From Schwartzia sp. (in: firmicutes) (GTDB lineage: Bacteria > Bacillota > Negativicutes > Selenomonadales > Selenomonadaceae): a stretch of 44,027 bases of DNA. Below, piece by piece: positions 1 to 8,736 of the stretch (its first letter is position 1; the number at the start of each line of letters is the position of its first letter). The position numbers and the translations under genes were made by a program. The DNA is taken from contig JAFTAB010000135.1 in NCBI GenBank assembly GCA_017458745.1, forward strand, positions 1 through 44,027. Reading direction: 5' to 3'. Below the pieces are notes generated by a model. It made no database searches, was not told the origin of the DNA, and worked only from the letters and a program-made list of their open reading frames with translations.

Positions 1-227
1 AGTGCGGCGTGCCTAATGTCATATGCCTCCAGCCGTTTGGGTGCCTGCCAAACCATATAACAGGCAAGGGCGTTATGCACGCCCTGCGTGACCGTTACCC
101 AGGCAGCAATATAATCGCGCTGGATTGCGACGCGGGAGCCAGCGAGGTAAACCAAGAGAACAGGATTAAACTGATGCTTTCGGTCGCGAAAGAGAGAATA
201 GAGGCGGCGAAAGGGCAAGCTGTGTAA
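1..227 (+). CDS. 3' end of a gene cut by the window edge: acyl-CoA dehydratase activase-related protein (BadF/BcrA-type activase family, C-terminal region)
   Basis: Frame is open from nt 3 to TAA 225-227. The tail ...NVICLQPFGCLPNHITGKGVMHALRDRYPGSNIIALDCDAGASEVNQENRIKLML resembles the conserved QPFGC.PNH / D.D.G.SE.N...R.KLM C-terminus of this family (recall only). Confidence 0.5.
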   Translation, partial: CGVPNVICLQPFGCLPNHITGKGVMHALRDRYPGSNIIALDCDAGASEVNQENRIKLMLSVAKERIEAAKGQAV

Positions 228-275
228 GGAGCTGTGCGAAAATAATCGCTGTCGGTGTTTCTAATATGGTTATCG

Positions 276-304
276 TTGACAAAGACATTTTATTATGATA
301 GTAT
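276..304 (+). promoter_or_regulatory. sigma-A-type promoter of the metK leader
   Basis: TTGACA (276-281), 17-nt spacer, TAGTAT (299-304), with TG at 296-297 giving an extended -10. It lies about 25 nt upstream of the riboswitch P1. Confidence 0.6.
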
Positions 305-326
305 AGTATCATAAAAACCGCATAAA

Positions 327-470
327 GCTCATCAAGAGCGGTGGAGGGACTGGCCCTGCGAAGCCGCGGCAACCATTGATTTATTCAAACGGTGCCAATT
401 CCGATAGGCGTGACCTATGAGATGAGAGAATAAAGGCTCTCCGTCTCGCATGGAGAGCCTTTTCGATTTT
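327..470 (+). promoter_or_regulatory. SAM-I (S-box) riboswitch, aptamer plus terminator expression platform
   Basis: GCTCATCAAGAGCGGTGGAGGGACTGGCCCTGCGAAGCCGCGGCAACC...GGTGCCAATTCC...GAGATGAGAG matches the SAM-I consensus. P1 is CTCATC 328-333 with GATGAG 421-426. It is followed by an intrinsic terminator and lies upstream of metK. Confidence 0.93.
432..470 (+). terminator. riboswitch-controlled intrinsic terminator
   Basis: Stem AAAGGCTCTCC (432-442) pairs with GGAGAGCCTTT (452-462) around a 9-nt loop, followed by TTTTCGATTTT. Confidence 0.85.
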
Positions 471-496
471 CGAATCGGAAGAATTTTGAGGCGAAG

Positions 497-571
497 TGCG
501 TGGCGCAAATCGCTTATGCGTCAGCAGGCGTATCATCGGTCAAATTTATATTTAAAATTTTGGTCGAAGAT
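497..571 (-). repeat. dispersed intergenic repeat family 1, copy 1 (inverted relative to copy 2 at 38520-38600)
   Basis: The reverse complement of 523-571 aligns to 38520-38568 with 45 matches, 3 mismatches and 2 single-nt indels. Weaker similarity continues for about 30 nt more. Confidence 0.8.
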
Positions 572-640
572 CAGTGTTAATCGTTGTTTCTTTAATCACA
601 AAGAGCCAAATAATCTTTTCTTTTCAAAGGAGGAACAGAA

Positions 641-1831
641 ATGAGCAAGAAACGTGTATTGTTTACGTCTGAGTCCGTGACGGAGGGGCATCCGGATAAA
701 CTCGCGGATCAGATCTCGGACAGCATCCTTGACGCTATCATGGCGCAGGACCCGGAGGGTCGCGTGGCATGCGAGACACTCGTGACAACCGGGCAGGTGC
801 ATGTTGTCGGTGAGATTTCAACGAAATGCTATATTGATATACCGCATATCATTCGTGATACGGTGCGCGATATTGGCTATGTCAAGGCGGAGTATGGATT
901 CGATGCGGCGACGTGCGGCATACTTGTCTCGATTGACGAGCAGTCGGCTGACATAGCGCTCGGGGTCAATGAGGCGCTGGAGGCAAAAGAGGGCGAGATG
1001 GACGCAATTGACGCTATAGGCGCGGGCGATCAAGGAATGATGTTTGGCTACGCGACGAATGAGACTCCTGAGTATATGCCGCTCCCGATTGCGCTCGCGC
1101 ACAAGCTTGCTCGCCGTCTGACGGAGGCAAGGAAAAATGGCGAGCTTAAATGGCTTCGCCCCGACGGGAAATCGCAGGTGACTGTCGCCTATGAGGATGG
1201 CAAGGCTGTCGCTGTCGATACTGTTGTCATCTCGACGCAGCATGACCCGGATATTTCCCAGAAGGAGATCCGCGGCGCCATCATAGAGCACATTATAAAG
1301 GCTGTCGTCCCGGCGGAGCTTTTGACAGCGGACACGAAATATTTCATCAATCCAACAGGCAAGTTTGTCATCGGTGGCCCTCAGGGCGACTCGGGACTCA
1401 CAGGCAGAAAGATTATTGTCGATACATACGGCGGAATGGCTCGTCATGGCGGCGGAGCATTTTCGGGCAAGGATCCAACGAAAGTGGATCGCTCGGCTGC
1501 ATATGCGGCTCGCTATGTCGCAAAGAATATCGTCGCTGCCGGTCTCGCTGACCGCGTGGAGATACAGCTCGCGTATGCGATCGGCGTCGCAAAGCCCGTG
1601 TCGATTTATGTTGACACATTTGGCACCGGCAAGATTGCTGATGAAAAGATTGTCGAGCTGATAAGCAAGAATTTTGACCTCCGCCCGGCTGGAATAATAA
1701 AGTCGCTTGACCTGCGCAGACCGATTTACAGGCAGACCGCGGCATACGGCCATTTCGGCAGGACTGACGTGGATCTCCCATGGGAGCACACCGACAAAGC
1801 TGAGACACTGAAGAAGCAAGCGGGAATCTAA
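641..1831 (+). CDS. metK: S-adenosylmethionine synthetase
   Basis: AAGGAGGA lies 7 nt upstream of the ATG. The 396-aa product has [29 protein letters not shown] and [16 protein letters not shown] motifs. Confidence 0.98.
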   Translation: MSKKRVLFTSESVTEGHPDKLADQISDSILDAIMAQDPEGRVACETLVTTGQVHVVGEISTKCYIDIPHIIRDTVRDIGYVKAEYGFDAATCGILVSIDEQSADIALGVNEALEAKEGEMDAIDAIGAGDQGMMFGYATNETPEYMPLPIALAHKLARRLTEARKNGELKWLRPDGKSQVTVAYEDGKAVAVDTVVISTQHDPDISQKEIRGAIIEHIIKAVVPAELLTADTKYFINPTGKFVIGGPQGDSGLTGRKIIVDTYGGMARHGGGAFSGKDPTKVDRSAAYAARYVAKNIVAAGLADRVEIQLAYAIGVAKPVSIYVDTFGTGKIADEKIVELISKNFDLRPAGIIKSLDLRRPIYRQTAAYGHFGRTDVDLPWEHTDKAETLKKQAGI

Positions 1832-1842
1832 ATCTTCATAGA

Positions 1843-1879
1843 AATTGGTCTTGGAAATTTTCCAAGACCAATTTTTTTT
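1843..1879 (+). terminator. intrinsic terminator after metK
   Basis: AATTGGTCTTGGAA pairs with TTCCAAGACCAATT around a short loop, followed by T8. Confidence 0.85.
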
Positions 1880-1888
1880 GCTAAAAAA

Positions 1889-1918
1889 TTGACAAGTCAA
1901 GTATATGTATTGTAACAT
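1889..1918 (+). promoter_or_regulatory. candidate promoter for typA
   Basis: TTGACA (1889-1894), 18-nt spacer, TAACAT (1913-1918). The -10 is imperfect. Confidence 0.4.
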
Positions 1919-1985
1919 TATAAATTGTTTTTTAATTAAGTTATTTTTGTTTGTGCCATTGCGCATGGGAGGAAGTTTGTTTAGG

Positions 1986-3818
1986 ATGACTACAAGAGAA
2001 AATTTAAGAAATGTCGCTATTATCGCTCATGTTGACCACGGCAAGACGACGCTCGTGGACGCTATGCTGAGGCAGAGTCATGTATTCAGAGCCAATGAGC
2101 AGGTGGCGGAGCGAGTGATGGACTCCGGGGACATAGAGCGCGAGCGCGGTATCACGATTCTTTCCAAGAATACCGCGATAATGTACAAGGGCATAAAAAT
2201 AAATATTGTCGATACGCCGGGCCATGCTGATTTTGGCGGTGAGGTCGAGCGCGTGCTGAACATGGTCGATGGCGTTCTTTTGCTTGTCGATGCTTTTGAG
2301 GGGCCCATGCCTCAGACGAAGTATGTTTTGCGCAAGGCGCTGGAGCAAAAGCTGAAGCCAATCGTCGTTATAAATAAAATCGACCGTCCCGACCAGCGCG
2401 TTGATGATGTGTATGATGAGGTGCTGGAGCTTTTCATGGATCTCGGCGCGGATGATGACCAGCTTGAGTTCCCCGTTGTTTACTGCGCGGCGCGTGACGG
2501 CATCGCCAAGCTCAATATGGAGGACGAGAGCAATAATCTTGAGCCTCTCATGGATATGCTCATAAAGGAGATACCATGTCCGCGCGGTGACGGCGAGGGC
2601 CCGCTTCAGATGATGGTTACTACGCTGGAGGCTGATGAATATGTCGGCAAGGTTGCGATAGGGCGCATTATCCGAGGCAGCGCGAAGCCGGGGCAGGCCG
2701 TCGCTTTGCTTGGCGGGGACAGCGAGAAAAAAGGAAAAATCAACAAGGTGTTTGTTTACGAGGGGCTGAAGCGCGTCGAGGTTCCCGAGGCAGGTCTCGG
2801 CGAGATTGTCGCCTTGACGGGGCTAGGCGATGTTCATATCGGTCAGACGGTCGCCGACGTGGAAAATCCTGAGGCGCTGCCCTCTATCAATATTGACGAG
2901 CCGACTCTCTCGATGACGTTTGGCGTCAATACGAGCCCGTTTGCGGGGCGCGAGGGGCAGTTCATCACCTCGCGTCATATTCGTGACCGCCTTTTCAAAG
3001 AGGTCGAGACGAATGTCGCGCTTCATGTCGAGGAAACTGACTCGGCTGACACTTTCAAGGTCTCGGGCAGGGGCGAGCTGCATCTTTCGATTTTGATTGA
3101 GACCATGCGCCGTGAGGGCTTTGAGCTTCAGGTGGGAAAGCCTGAGGTTATTTACAAGAATATAAATGGTCAGAAGTGCGAGCCGATGGAAAATCTCACG
3201 GTCGAGGTTCCGCAGGAGTACATGGGAACTGTCATGGAACTGCTCGGCAAAAGAAAAGCAGATTTATCCAATATGACCGAGGGCAATGGATACATGAGGC
3301 TGGAGTTTATTATTCCCGCCAGAGGACTGATAGGATTCCGCTCCGAGCTTTTGACAAGCACAAAGGGCAACGGTATCATGAGCCACGTGTTCCATGGCTA
3401 CGCGCCTTACAAGGGCGACATGCAGGGGCGCGAGCATGGCTCTCTCGTCGCTTTTGAGGAGGGAGAGACTACCGGCTACGGGATTTACACTCTTCAGGAT
3501 CGCGGGACGATGTTTATTTCGCCCGGGCAGATGGTCTATGAGGGGATGCTGGTCGGTGAAAATTCGCGTGACCTTGATATTGATATCAACCCATGCAAGG
3601 AAAAGCATGTCTCCAATATGCGCACGTCGTCGTCTGATGAGGCTATTCGCTTGACCCCGCCGCGCATCCTGAGTCTGGAGCAGGCCCTTGAATATATAAA
3701 TGATGATGAGCTGGTTGAAGTGACGCCGCAGAGCGTGCGCCTCCGCAAGGTCGTTTTGAATCATTCGGCTCGTGGCCGCGCAAAGAAAAATGCCACTAAA
3801 GCCGCAAAAGGCGCATGA
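1986..3818 (+). CDS. typA: translational GTPase TypA/BipA
   Basis: ATG 1986 lies behind GGGAGGAAG. The ORF-track start at 1905 adds an implausible N-terminal extension. The product starts [25 protein letters not shown], has [14 protein letters not shown], and is 610 aa. Confidence 0.95.
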   Translation: MTTRENLRNVAIIAHVDHGKTTLVDAMLRQSHVFRANEQVAERVMDSGDIERERGITILSKNTAIMYKGIKINIVDTPGHADFGGEVERVLNMVDGVLLLVDAFEGPMPQTKYVLRKALEQKLKPIVVINKIDRPDQRVDDVYDEVLELFMDLGADDDQLEFPVVYCAARDGIAKLNMEDESNNLEPLMDMLIKEIPCPRGDGEGPLQMMVTTLEADEYVGKVAIGRIIRGSAKPGQAVALLGGDSEKKGKINKVFVYEGLKRVEVPEAGLGEIVALTGLGDVHIGQTVADVENPEALPSINIDEPTLSMTFGVNTSPFAGREGQFITSRHIRDRLFKEVETNVALHVEETDSADTFKVSGRGELHLSILIETMRREGFELQVGKPEVIYKNINGQKCEPMENLTVEVPQEYMGTVMELLGKRKADLSNMTEGNGYMRLEFIIPARGLIGFRSELLTSTKGNGIMSHVFHGYAPYKGDMQGREHGSLVAFEEGETTGYGIYTLQDRGTMFISPGQMVYEGMLVGENSRDLDIDINPCKEKHVSNMRTSSSDEAIRLTPPRILSLEQALEYINDDELVEVTPQSVRLRKVVLNHSARGRAKKNATKAAKGA

Positions 3819-4141
3819 AAAATATGAAGCTATATGAATAAAGTTATGAGACAAGTATCAATATTATTTGCCAAAGAGAGTCAATAATAACAGAGAGATT
3901 GTTCTCTTTAAGACGTTCACCGCAAGTTCTTGTGGATAGGCGTTTTTACAGACACAATTTTAAAAATTTAATCAAGAAAATGAGAAAAATCGCTTGCTAA
4001 AATGGGTACTTTGAATTAAAATGAAAAGCAACAGGAAAAAATCCATTTTTTGCAGGGATTTTTCATTATTGATGAATCGGCAAATTTTTTACGATATCAG
4101 GGGGATATTGCGTATTATTTTGCGCGGTGGAGGCGAAAAAA

Positions 4142-4630
4142 ATGGGGATTAAAGTTGCGTGGGAAAAAATAAAGGATGTCCTTATGCCTCAGGTGGATGC
4201 CATAGAGGATGAAGAGTACGAAGAGAACGAGGAAACTGACGAGGAGATTGAGGAGTCGCGCAAGATTGTGAATGGGGGTTCGCAATATGTCAGCGTCGGC
4301 AGCAGGGGCGTCGCCGGCGTTGCGATGCAGCAGGCAAGGCCGAAGCTGACCTTGCATACTAATCAGGTTCCTGAGTTTTCGGTTAGCGTCCATGTTCCTA
4401 CGACATTCGATCAGGTTGCCAAGGTTGCGGATGACCTTTTGGCAAAACGCGCTGTCATTGTGAATTTTGAGCAGCTTGATGAAAACGAGTGCCGCCGTAT
4501 TTCTGATTTCGCTAACGGTTCTTGCTATGTCCTTGATGGTGAGGCTCGTCGCATATCCGACACGATGATTCTTTATGTTCCGCAGGGTGTGAGTGTGTCG
4601 TCCCTTCAGACCTTTTTAGCTCATAAGTAA
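4142..4630 (+). CDS. sepF: cell division protein SepF homolog (DUF552)
   Basis: ATG 4142 lies 8 nt after GGTGGAGG (4126-4133). It has an N-terminal amphipathic MGIKVAWEKIKDVL and a C-terminal domain ...VHVPTTFDQVAKVADDLLAKRAVIVNFEQLDENECRRISDFANGSCYVLDGEARRISDTMILYVP. Confidence 0.8.
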   Translation: MGIKVAWEKIKDVLMPQVDAIEDEEYEENEETDEEIEESRKIVNGGSQYVSVGSRGVAGVAMQQARPKLTLHTNQVPEFSVSVHVPTTFDQVAKVADDLLAKRAVIVNFEQLDENECRRISDFANGSCYVLDGEARRISDTMILYVPQGVSVSSLQTFLAHK

Positions 4631-4643
4631 GAAATAGTGATAG

Positions 4644-4676
4644 GCTCTTCCCGCTAGCGGGAGGGGCTTTTATTTT
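4644..4676 (+). terminator. intrinsic terminator after sepF
   Basis: GCTCTTCCCGC pairs with GCGGGAGGGGC (with G-U pairs), followed by TTTTATTTT. Confidence 0.75.
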
Positions 4677-4736
4677 AGGCTCTGTTTGTTAGGAGCTGTT
4701 TAGAGAAATTTTGTGAAGCAATAATAATAAAGGAAA

Positions 4737-6224
4737 GTGAATGATTTCATGAACGATGATAAAATCCTTAATGGTGTGCTCGATGAGTTCCGTTCAATAG
4801 CGGCTATTCCCCGTCCATCGGGACATGAAAAGAAAATAAGCGACTATTTGAAAAATGAATTTTCAGCTATTGGCTGTATTGTCGTGCAGGATGAAAGTAA
4901 TAATATCATTGCCGATCTTCCTGCGTCATCGGGGAAGGAAAATGCTCCGCTCACGATACTTCAAAGCCATATGGATATGGTCTGCGTCGCGGATACGGGA
5001 GTAAAATATTCCCCGCTTGATGACCCCATAAAGCTGATTGAAAATGAGGAGTACCTTTGTGCCGATGGCACGAGTCTGGGATCTGATGACGGCACGGGCA
5101 TAGCCGAGATTTTATATATTTTCAAGAATGTCAAAAATCATGGGCCGCTTCGCGCGATCATAACAGTCGATGAGGAAGTGGGGATGACCGGCGCCAGGAA
5201 CCTTGATGCAAAATATCTTCTCGATGCTGAATATTATTTGAACTGCGACAACGAGGAGGACGACCTGCTCACTGTCGCCAGCGCCGGAAACGTCGGCATA
5301 GAGTATCACCGCCATATCAAGTGGCATGATGCTCATGAGCGGCGTCATTCAGAGAGCGCGGTATCGTACGAGGTGAAGGTGAGCGGTCTGCTTGGCGGTC
5401 ACTCGGGCGAGCGCATCGGGGATGGCAGGGGAAATGCCATTCGAGTTCTGGCGCAGATGATACTCGGATTGAGAGAAGCGAACATTGATTTTGATGTTTC
5501 CAAGATTGAAGGCGGCACGGCTCGCAACGCCATACCTGCTACCGCGTCAATGGTAATTGTGACTTGCGCCGGCAAGGGGGCTATAATTGAAGTCGCGGAA
5601 ACCATGAAAAAGCGCTTTCTAAGAGCTTACGGCAAAGCGGAAAAAGATATTTCCATTGACGTCGGGGAGGCAAATTTTCCGGAGCGCGTTATGGACGAGG
5701 AGGACGCCGTTTCCTTTGCGGAGCTTGTCGCAATCCTGCACACGGGAATATTCGCCATGTTTAAGGAATATCCGGGATTGATCGAGACATCCGCGAATAT
5801 CGGAATTGCTCGGACAGAAGGCGATAAGTTGTGGCTCTCTTACTTCGCGCGCTCAGGGATAGAGGAGAAACTCGAATCTTTCCGGCGTCAAGGGAAAATA
5901 TTGGGCAAGAGGTTTGGATTTGACATTGTGGCTGATGAGCCTTCCCCGGTGTGGGAGGCTAACTCAAAAAGCGTGCTCGTTAGAATCGTGACAGATGTTT
6001 ATAATGAGCAGCATGATAATAAGATGCGCGTCGAGAGCATACATGCGGGGCTGGAGTGCAGCTACATGATGAAAAAAAATCCCAATATTGACATTGTTTC
6101 CATCGGGGTGACGACTCTTGATATTCATAGCCCGAAAGAAAGGCTGGTCCTTGCGACTGTCGCCTCGCAGGTGAGACTTATCATGGGGACGCTTGAGAGA
6201 ATAGCGGCCATGGAGAAAAAATAG
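4737..6224 (+). CDS. pepD: aminoacyl-histidine (Xaa-His) dipeptidase, peptidase M20C
   Basis: The product has IPRPSGHEKKISDYL, LQSHMDMV and LGSDDGTGIA motifs and is about 490 aa. The start is ambiguous between GTG 4737 and in-frame ATG 4749, which lies about 12 nt after AGGAAAG. Confidence 0.85.
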   Translation: MNDFMNDDKILNGVLDEFRSIAAIPRPSGHEKKISDYLKNEFSAIGCIVVQDESNNIIADLPASSGKENAPLTILQSHMDMVCVADTGVKYSPLDDPIKLIENEEYLCADGTSLGSDDGTGIAEILYIFKNVKNHGPLRAIITVDEEVGMTGARNLDAKYLLDAEYYLNCDNEEDDLLTVASAGNVGIEYHRHIKWHDAHERRHSESAVSYEVKVSGLLGGHSGERIGDGRGNAIRVLAQMILGLREANIDFDVSKIEGGTARNAIPATASMVIVTCAGKGAIIEVAETMKKRFLRAYGKAEKDISIDVGEANFPERVMDEEDAVSFAELVAILHTGIFAMFKEYPGLIETSANIGIARTEGDKLWLSYFARSGIEEKLESFRRQGKILGKRFGFDIVADEPSPVWEANSKSVLVRIVTDVYNEQHDNKMRVESIHAGLECSYMMKKNPNIDIVSIGVTTLDIHSPKERLVLATVASQVRLIMGTLERIAAMEKK

Positions 6225-6264
6225 CGGCTATCATTGACAAATATTATAAAAATTGTTATTTTTA

Positions 6265-6301
6265 TCAAGGGAAAAAGCAAGATATTCCCTTGAATTTTTT
6301 T
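6265..6301 (+). terminator. intrinsic terminator after pepD, immediately upstream of aroF
   Basis: TCAAGGGAA (6265-6273) pairs with TTCCCTTGA (6285-6293) around an 11-nt loop, followed by ATTTTTTT. Confidence 0.8.
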
Positions 6302-6321
6302 GTTTTGTGAGGGATAGTTCT

Positions 6322-7332
6322 ATGATTGTTGTAATGAGCCGTTCGGCTACGGAAGAAAATCTTAAGAATGTCGAAAAGCGAATAGAGAGCTTTGGCCTGA
6401 AATGCCATTTATCTGTCGGTGAGCAGCGCACTATTGTCGGTGTTATTGGCGACAAGAAGAAGATAGGCGAGCTTGAGATGGGCGCGATGGAGGGCGTCGA
6501 GAAGACCGTGCGAATCACGGAGAAGTACAAGCTGGTTAGTCGGGAGTTTAAGCCAGAGAATACCGTCGTGGATGTGCGAGGAGTCAAAATCGGCGGCGAG
6601 GAGCTTGCCGTCATTGCGGGGCCTTGCTCGGTAGAGAGCAGGGAGCAGCTGCGGGAGACTGCCGAGGCTGTGAAGAACGCGGGGGCTCAATTCCTTCGCG
6701 GCGGCGCTTTCAAGCCGCGCACCTCGCCGTATGATTTTCAGGGGCTCGCCGAGGAAGGTCTGAAGCTCCTGAGAGAGATAGGGGACGAGTATGATCTGCG
6801 CGTTGTCACGGAAATCGTCGATGTCAATGATGTGGAGCTGGTTTCAAAATATGCCGACGTCCTCCAAATTGGCGCTCGCAATATGCAGAATTTCAGGCTT
6901 TTGCAGGCCGTGGGCAAAGGGAATAAGCCTGTCCTCTTGAAGCGTGGGCTTGCCGCCACTATCTCCGAGTGGCTAAATGCCGCCGAGTATATCATGAGCG
7001 AGGGAAATGACGATGTAATATTCTGTGAGCGCGGCATAAGGACGTATGAGACATTCACGCGCAACACGCTCGACCTTTCCGCCGTTGTCGCGATAAAGGA
7101 GCAGTCGCATCTCCCGATTATCGTTGATCCCAGCCACGGCACGGGCAGGTGGCAGATGGTTCAGCCGATGGCACGGGCCGCGATCGCGGCAGGAGCTGAC
7201 GGGCTGATAGTGGAGGTTCATCCGCACCCTGAGGTTGCGCTGTCCGACGGCGACCAGTCTCTTAAGCCGAAGCATTTCAAGGCGATGATGGAGGACGTGA
7301 AAAAGATAGCAAGCGCGATGGGGAGAAAGTAA
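6322..7332 (+). CDS. aroF: 3-deoxy-7-phosphoheptulonate (DAHP) synthase, class I-beta, with N-terminal ferredoxin-like regulatory domain (Thermotoga type)
   Basis: ATG 6322 lies 7 nt after GAGGGA. MIVVMSRSATEENLKNVEKRIESFGLKCHLSVGEQRTIVGVIGD is followed by the catalytic barrel (IAGPCSVESREQ, KPRTSPYDFQGL, QIGARNMQNF, DPSHGTG). It is close to the T. maritima enzyme as I recall it. Confidence 0.92.
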   Translation: MIVVMSRSATEENLKNVEKRIESFGLKCHLSVGEQRTIVGVIGDKKKIGELEMGAMEGVEKTVRITEKYKLVSREFKPENTVVDVRGVKIGGEELAVIAGPCSVESREQLRETAEAVKNAGAQFLRGGAFKPRTSPYDFQGLAEEGLKLLREIGDEYDLRVVTEIVDVNDVELVSKYADVLQIGARNMQNFRLLQAVGKGNKPVLLKRGLAATISEWLNAAEYIMSEGNDDVIFCERGIRTYETFTRNTLDLSAVVAIKEQSHLPIIVDPSHGTGRWQMVQPMARAAIAAGADGLIVEVHPHPEVALSDGDQSLKPKHFKAMMEDVKKIASAMGRK

Positions 7333-8220
7333 ATGGCGAGGCTTCATCTTGCTATTATCGGTGTCGGGCTTATAGGCGGCTCATTTGGTCTCGCCATGAA
7401 AGCGGCGCTCGGTGGCGACATACATATTACCGGGCTGTGCCGCACGCGCGAGTCAATGGAAAATGCGTTGATGCGCGGTGAAATTGATGAGGCGTCGCCC
7501 GATATTTCAAAGGTCATCGAGGGCGCGGACATAGTATATATCAGCACGCCCGTGCTCCAGATTGTTCCGATGACAAAAAAAATCCTGCCGTATTTGAAAT
7601 CAGGGGCAGTCATCACGGACGTTGGCAGCACGAAGGAATACCTCTGGAATGAGCTCTCGACGCTTTTGCCAAAGGACATCTATTATGTGTCTGGTCATCC
7701 TATGACGGGCAAGGAGAAAAGTGGTCCGATGGCCGCCGATAAAGAACTTTTCCGTCATAAATGCTATGTCGTGCTGAGTGAGACGACCGCGCCGAAGGAT
7801 GTATACGACAAAGTTGTGGATCTCTTTCGCCTGACGGGGGCAAGTCTCACGACTCTCGACGCGAAAAAGCACGACAGGTGCGCGTCGCTTATCAGCCATG
7901 TCCCTCATGTCACTGCGTCCGCGCTTGTCACTTTGCTGTCACGTCATGACGACGACATGGAGGAGGCGATTAAGCTAGCGGGTGGCGGATTTAAGGACAC
8001 GACACGCATAGCGTCCTCAAACGCCGACATGTGGGCCGACATATTGATGACGAATGGCGATGCCATAGCCGCTCATCTGAAAGATGTGCAAAAAATACTG
8101 GGCGACGTTGTGGAGGCCATAGTGGCAAAAGATCGCGGCAGGCTCCATGATTACTTTGCCTCGGCGAAGAAAAGGCGTGACTCTATTCTCGACCAGACGG
8201 GAAAACTTTTTGATATTTGA
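7333..8220 (+). CDS. tyrA: prephenate dehydrogenase
   Basis: ATG directly abuts the aroF stop (TAAATG). It has the Rossmann motif IIGVGLIGGSFGLA and the GHPMTGKEKSG motif. Confidence 0.92.
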   Translation: MARLHLAIIGVGLIGGSFGLAMKAALGGDIHITGLCRTRESMENALMRGEIDEASPDISKVIEGADIVYISTPVLQIVPMTKKILPYLKSGAVITDVGSTKEYLWNELSTLLPKDIYYVSGHPMTGKEKSGPMAADKELFRHKCYVVLSETTAPKDVYDKVVDLFRLTGASLTTLDAKKHDRCASLISHVPHVTASALVTLLSRHDDDMEEAIKLAGGGFKDTTRIASSNADMWADILMTNGDAIAAHLKDVQKILGDVVEAIVAKDRGRLHDYFASAKKRRDSILDQTGKLFDI

Positions 8221-8227
8221 GGGGGCA

Positions 8228-8674
8228 ATGACGCTGCGGATAAGATTGAATGAATTGGTGAACGCGTTTTCGCGCTCCGATGAGGCCATCGGCTATGTGG
8301 ATATTGAGCAGGGCAGAGTCATATTCATGGGCGATGATGCCCCGGGCGGGGTCATTGATTATGATGCTGACGACGAGGCGCAGCTTTCAAGGGCGATGGA
8401 CATGGAGGATAACTGGGAGAGGTATGTCGCACTGCCCAATATCGAGGATTATGAGATGAAGGCGCAGCTTGCCTCATTTGCAGGGCAGCTCGAAGATGAT
8501 GTGAAAAAAGAGAAGCTCTTTGATTCACTTAATGGCGTCGGCGCAATAACCTGCACAAAGAGGCTGATAAAAAATCTTTCGCTTGATGAGGAGTGGGCGC
8601 GATACAGGACGCGCTGCATGATGGCGCTGGCGCGTGAGTTTTGCGAGGAAAATCAAATAGAGTACGAGGAATAG
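8228..8674 (+). CDS. UPF0158-family protein of unknown function
   Basis: ATG 8228 lies after GAGGGGG, 7 nt after the tyrA stop. The 148-aa acidic protein begins MTLRIRLNELVNAF and ends ...WARYRTRCMMALAREFCEENQIEYEE, resembling UPF0158 members as I recall them. Confidence 0.65.
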   Translation: MTLRIRLNELVNAFSRSDEAIGYVDIEQGRVIFMGDDAPGGVIDYDADDEAQLSRAMDMEDNWERYVALPNIEDYEMKAQLASFAGQLEDDVKKEKLFDSLNGVGAITCTKRLIKNLSLDEEWARYRTRCMMALAREFCEENQIEYEE

Positions 8675-8707
8675 GAAGAATAGAAATTAGATTTTTAAAA
8701 TTTGGTG

Positions 8708-8736
8708 TGGATAATTTTTCTTGTCGGGTCTATAAT
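8708..8736 (+). promoter_or_regulatory. candidate promoter for prs
   Basis: TGGATA (8708-8713), 17-nt spacer, consensus TATAAT (8731-8736). Confidence 0.55.

Noticed and set aside
450-644. 64-aa ORF in the metK leader.
   Set aside because: It starts inside the riboswitch terminator stem, has no RBS, has basic low-complexity content, and spans the dispersed repeat. It is better explained as non-coding leader.
818-1966. 382-aa ORF antisense to metK. Similar long antisense ORFs lie at 14690-16135 (481 aa), 25698-26651 (317 aa), 42349-43110 (253 aa), 9156-9866, 20311-20988, 21382-22068 and 39602-40234.
   Set aside because: Each lies entirely opposite a confidently identified, highly conserved gene. 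Their products are R/S/L-rich with no recognisable motifs, and they lack RBSs. These are typical shadow ORFs generated by the codon bias of the sense gene.
1905-1985. N-terminal extensions suggested by longest-ORF starts: typA 1905, aroF 6253, UPF0158 8147, PBP 14258, rpsJ 23769, rplD 24816, rplP 27897, rplF 30964, rplO 32691 and the SBP 40474.
   Set aside because: In every case an internal start sits at proper distance from a GGAGG-type SD and gives the canonical N-terminus. The extensions overlap upstream genes, RBSs or promoters.
4021-4158. 45-aa ORF (MKSNRKKSIFCRDFSLL...) in the typA-sepF gap, plus several 5-13 codon mini-ORFs at 3824-4017.
   Set aside because: They have no SD, the longer one overlaps the sepF RBS and start in another frame, and the composition is typical of AT-rich non-coding DNA.
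6236-6301. TTGACA (6236-6241) followed by the hairpin and T-run, read as a promoter plus attenuator controlling aroF.
   Set aside because: The -10 (TATTTT) is poor, and the hairpin sits 40 nt after the pepD stop. The simplest reading is the pepD terminator. No leader peptide or T-box features are present in the remaining ~20 nt.
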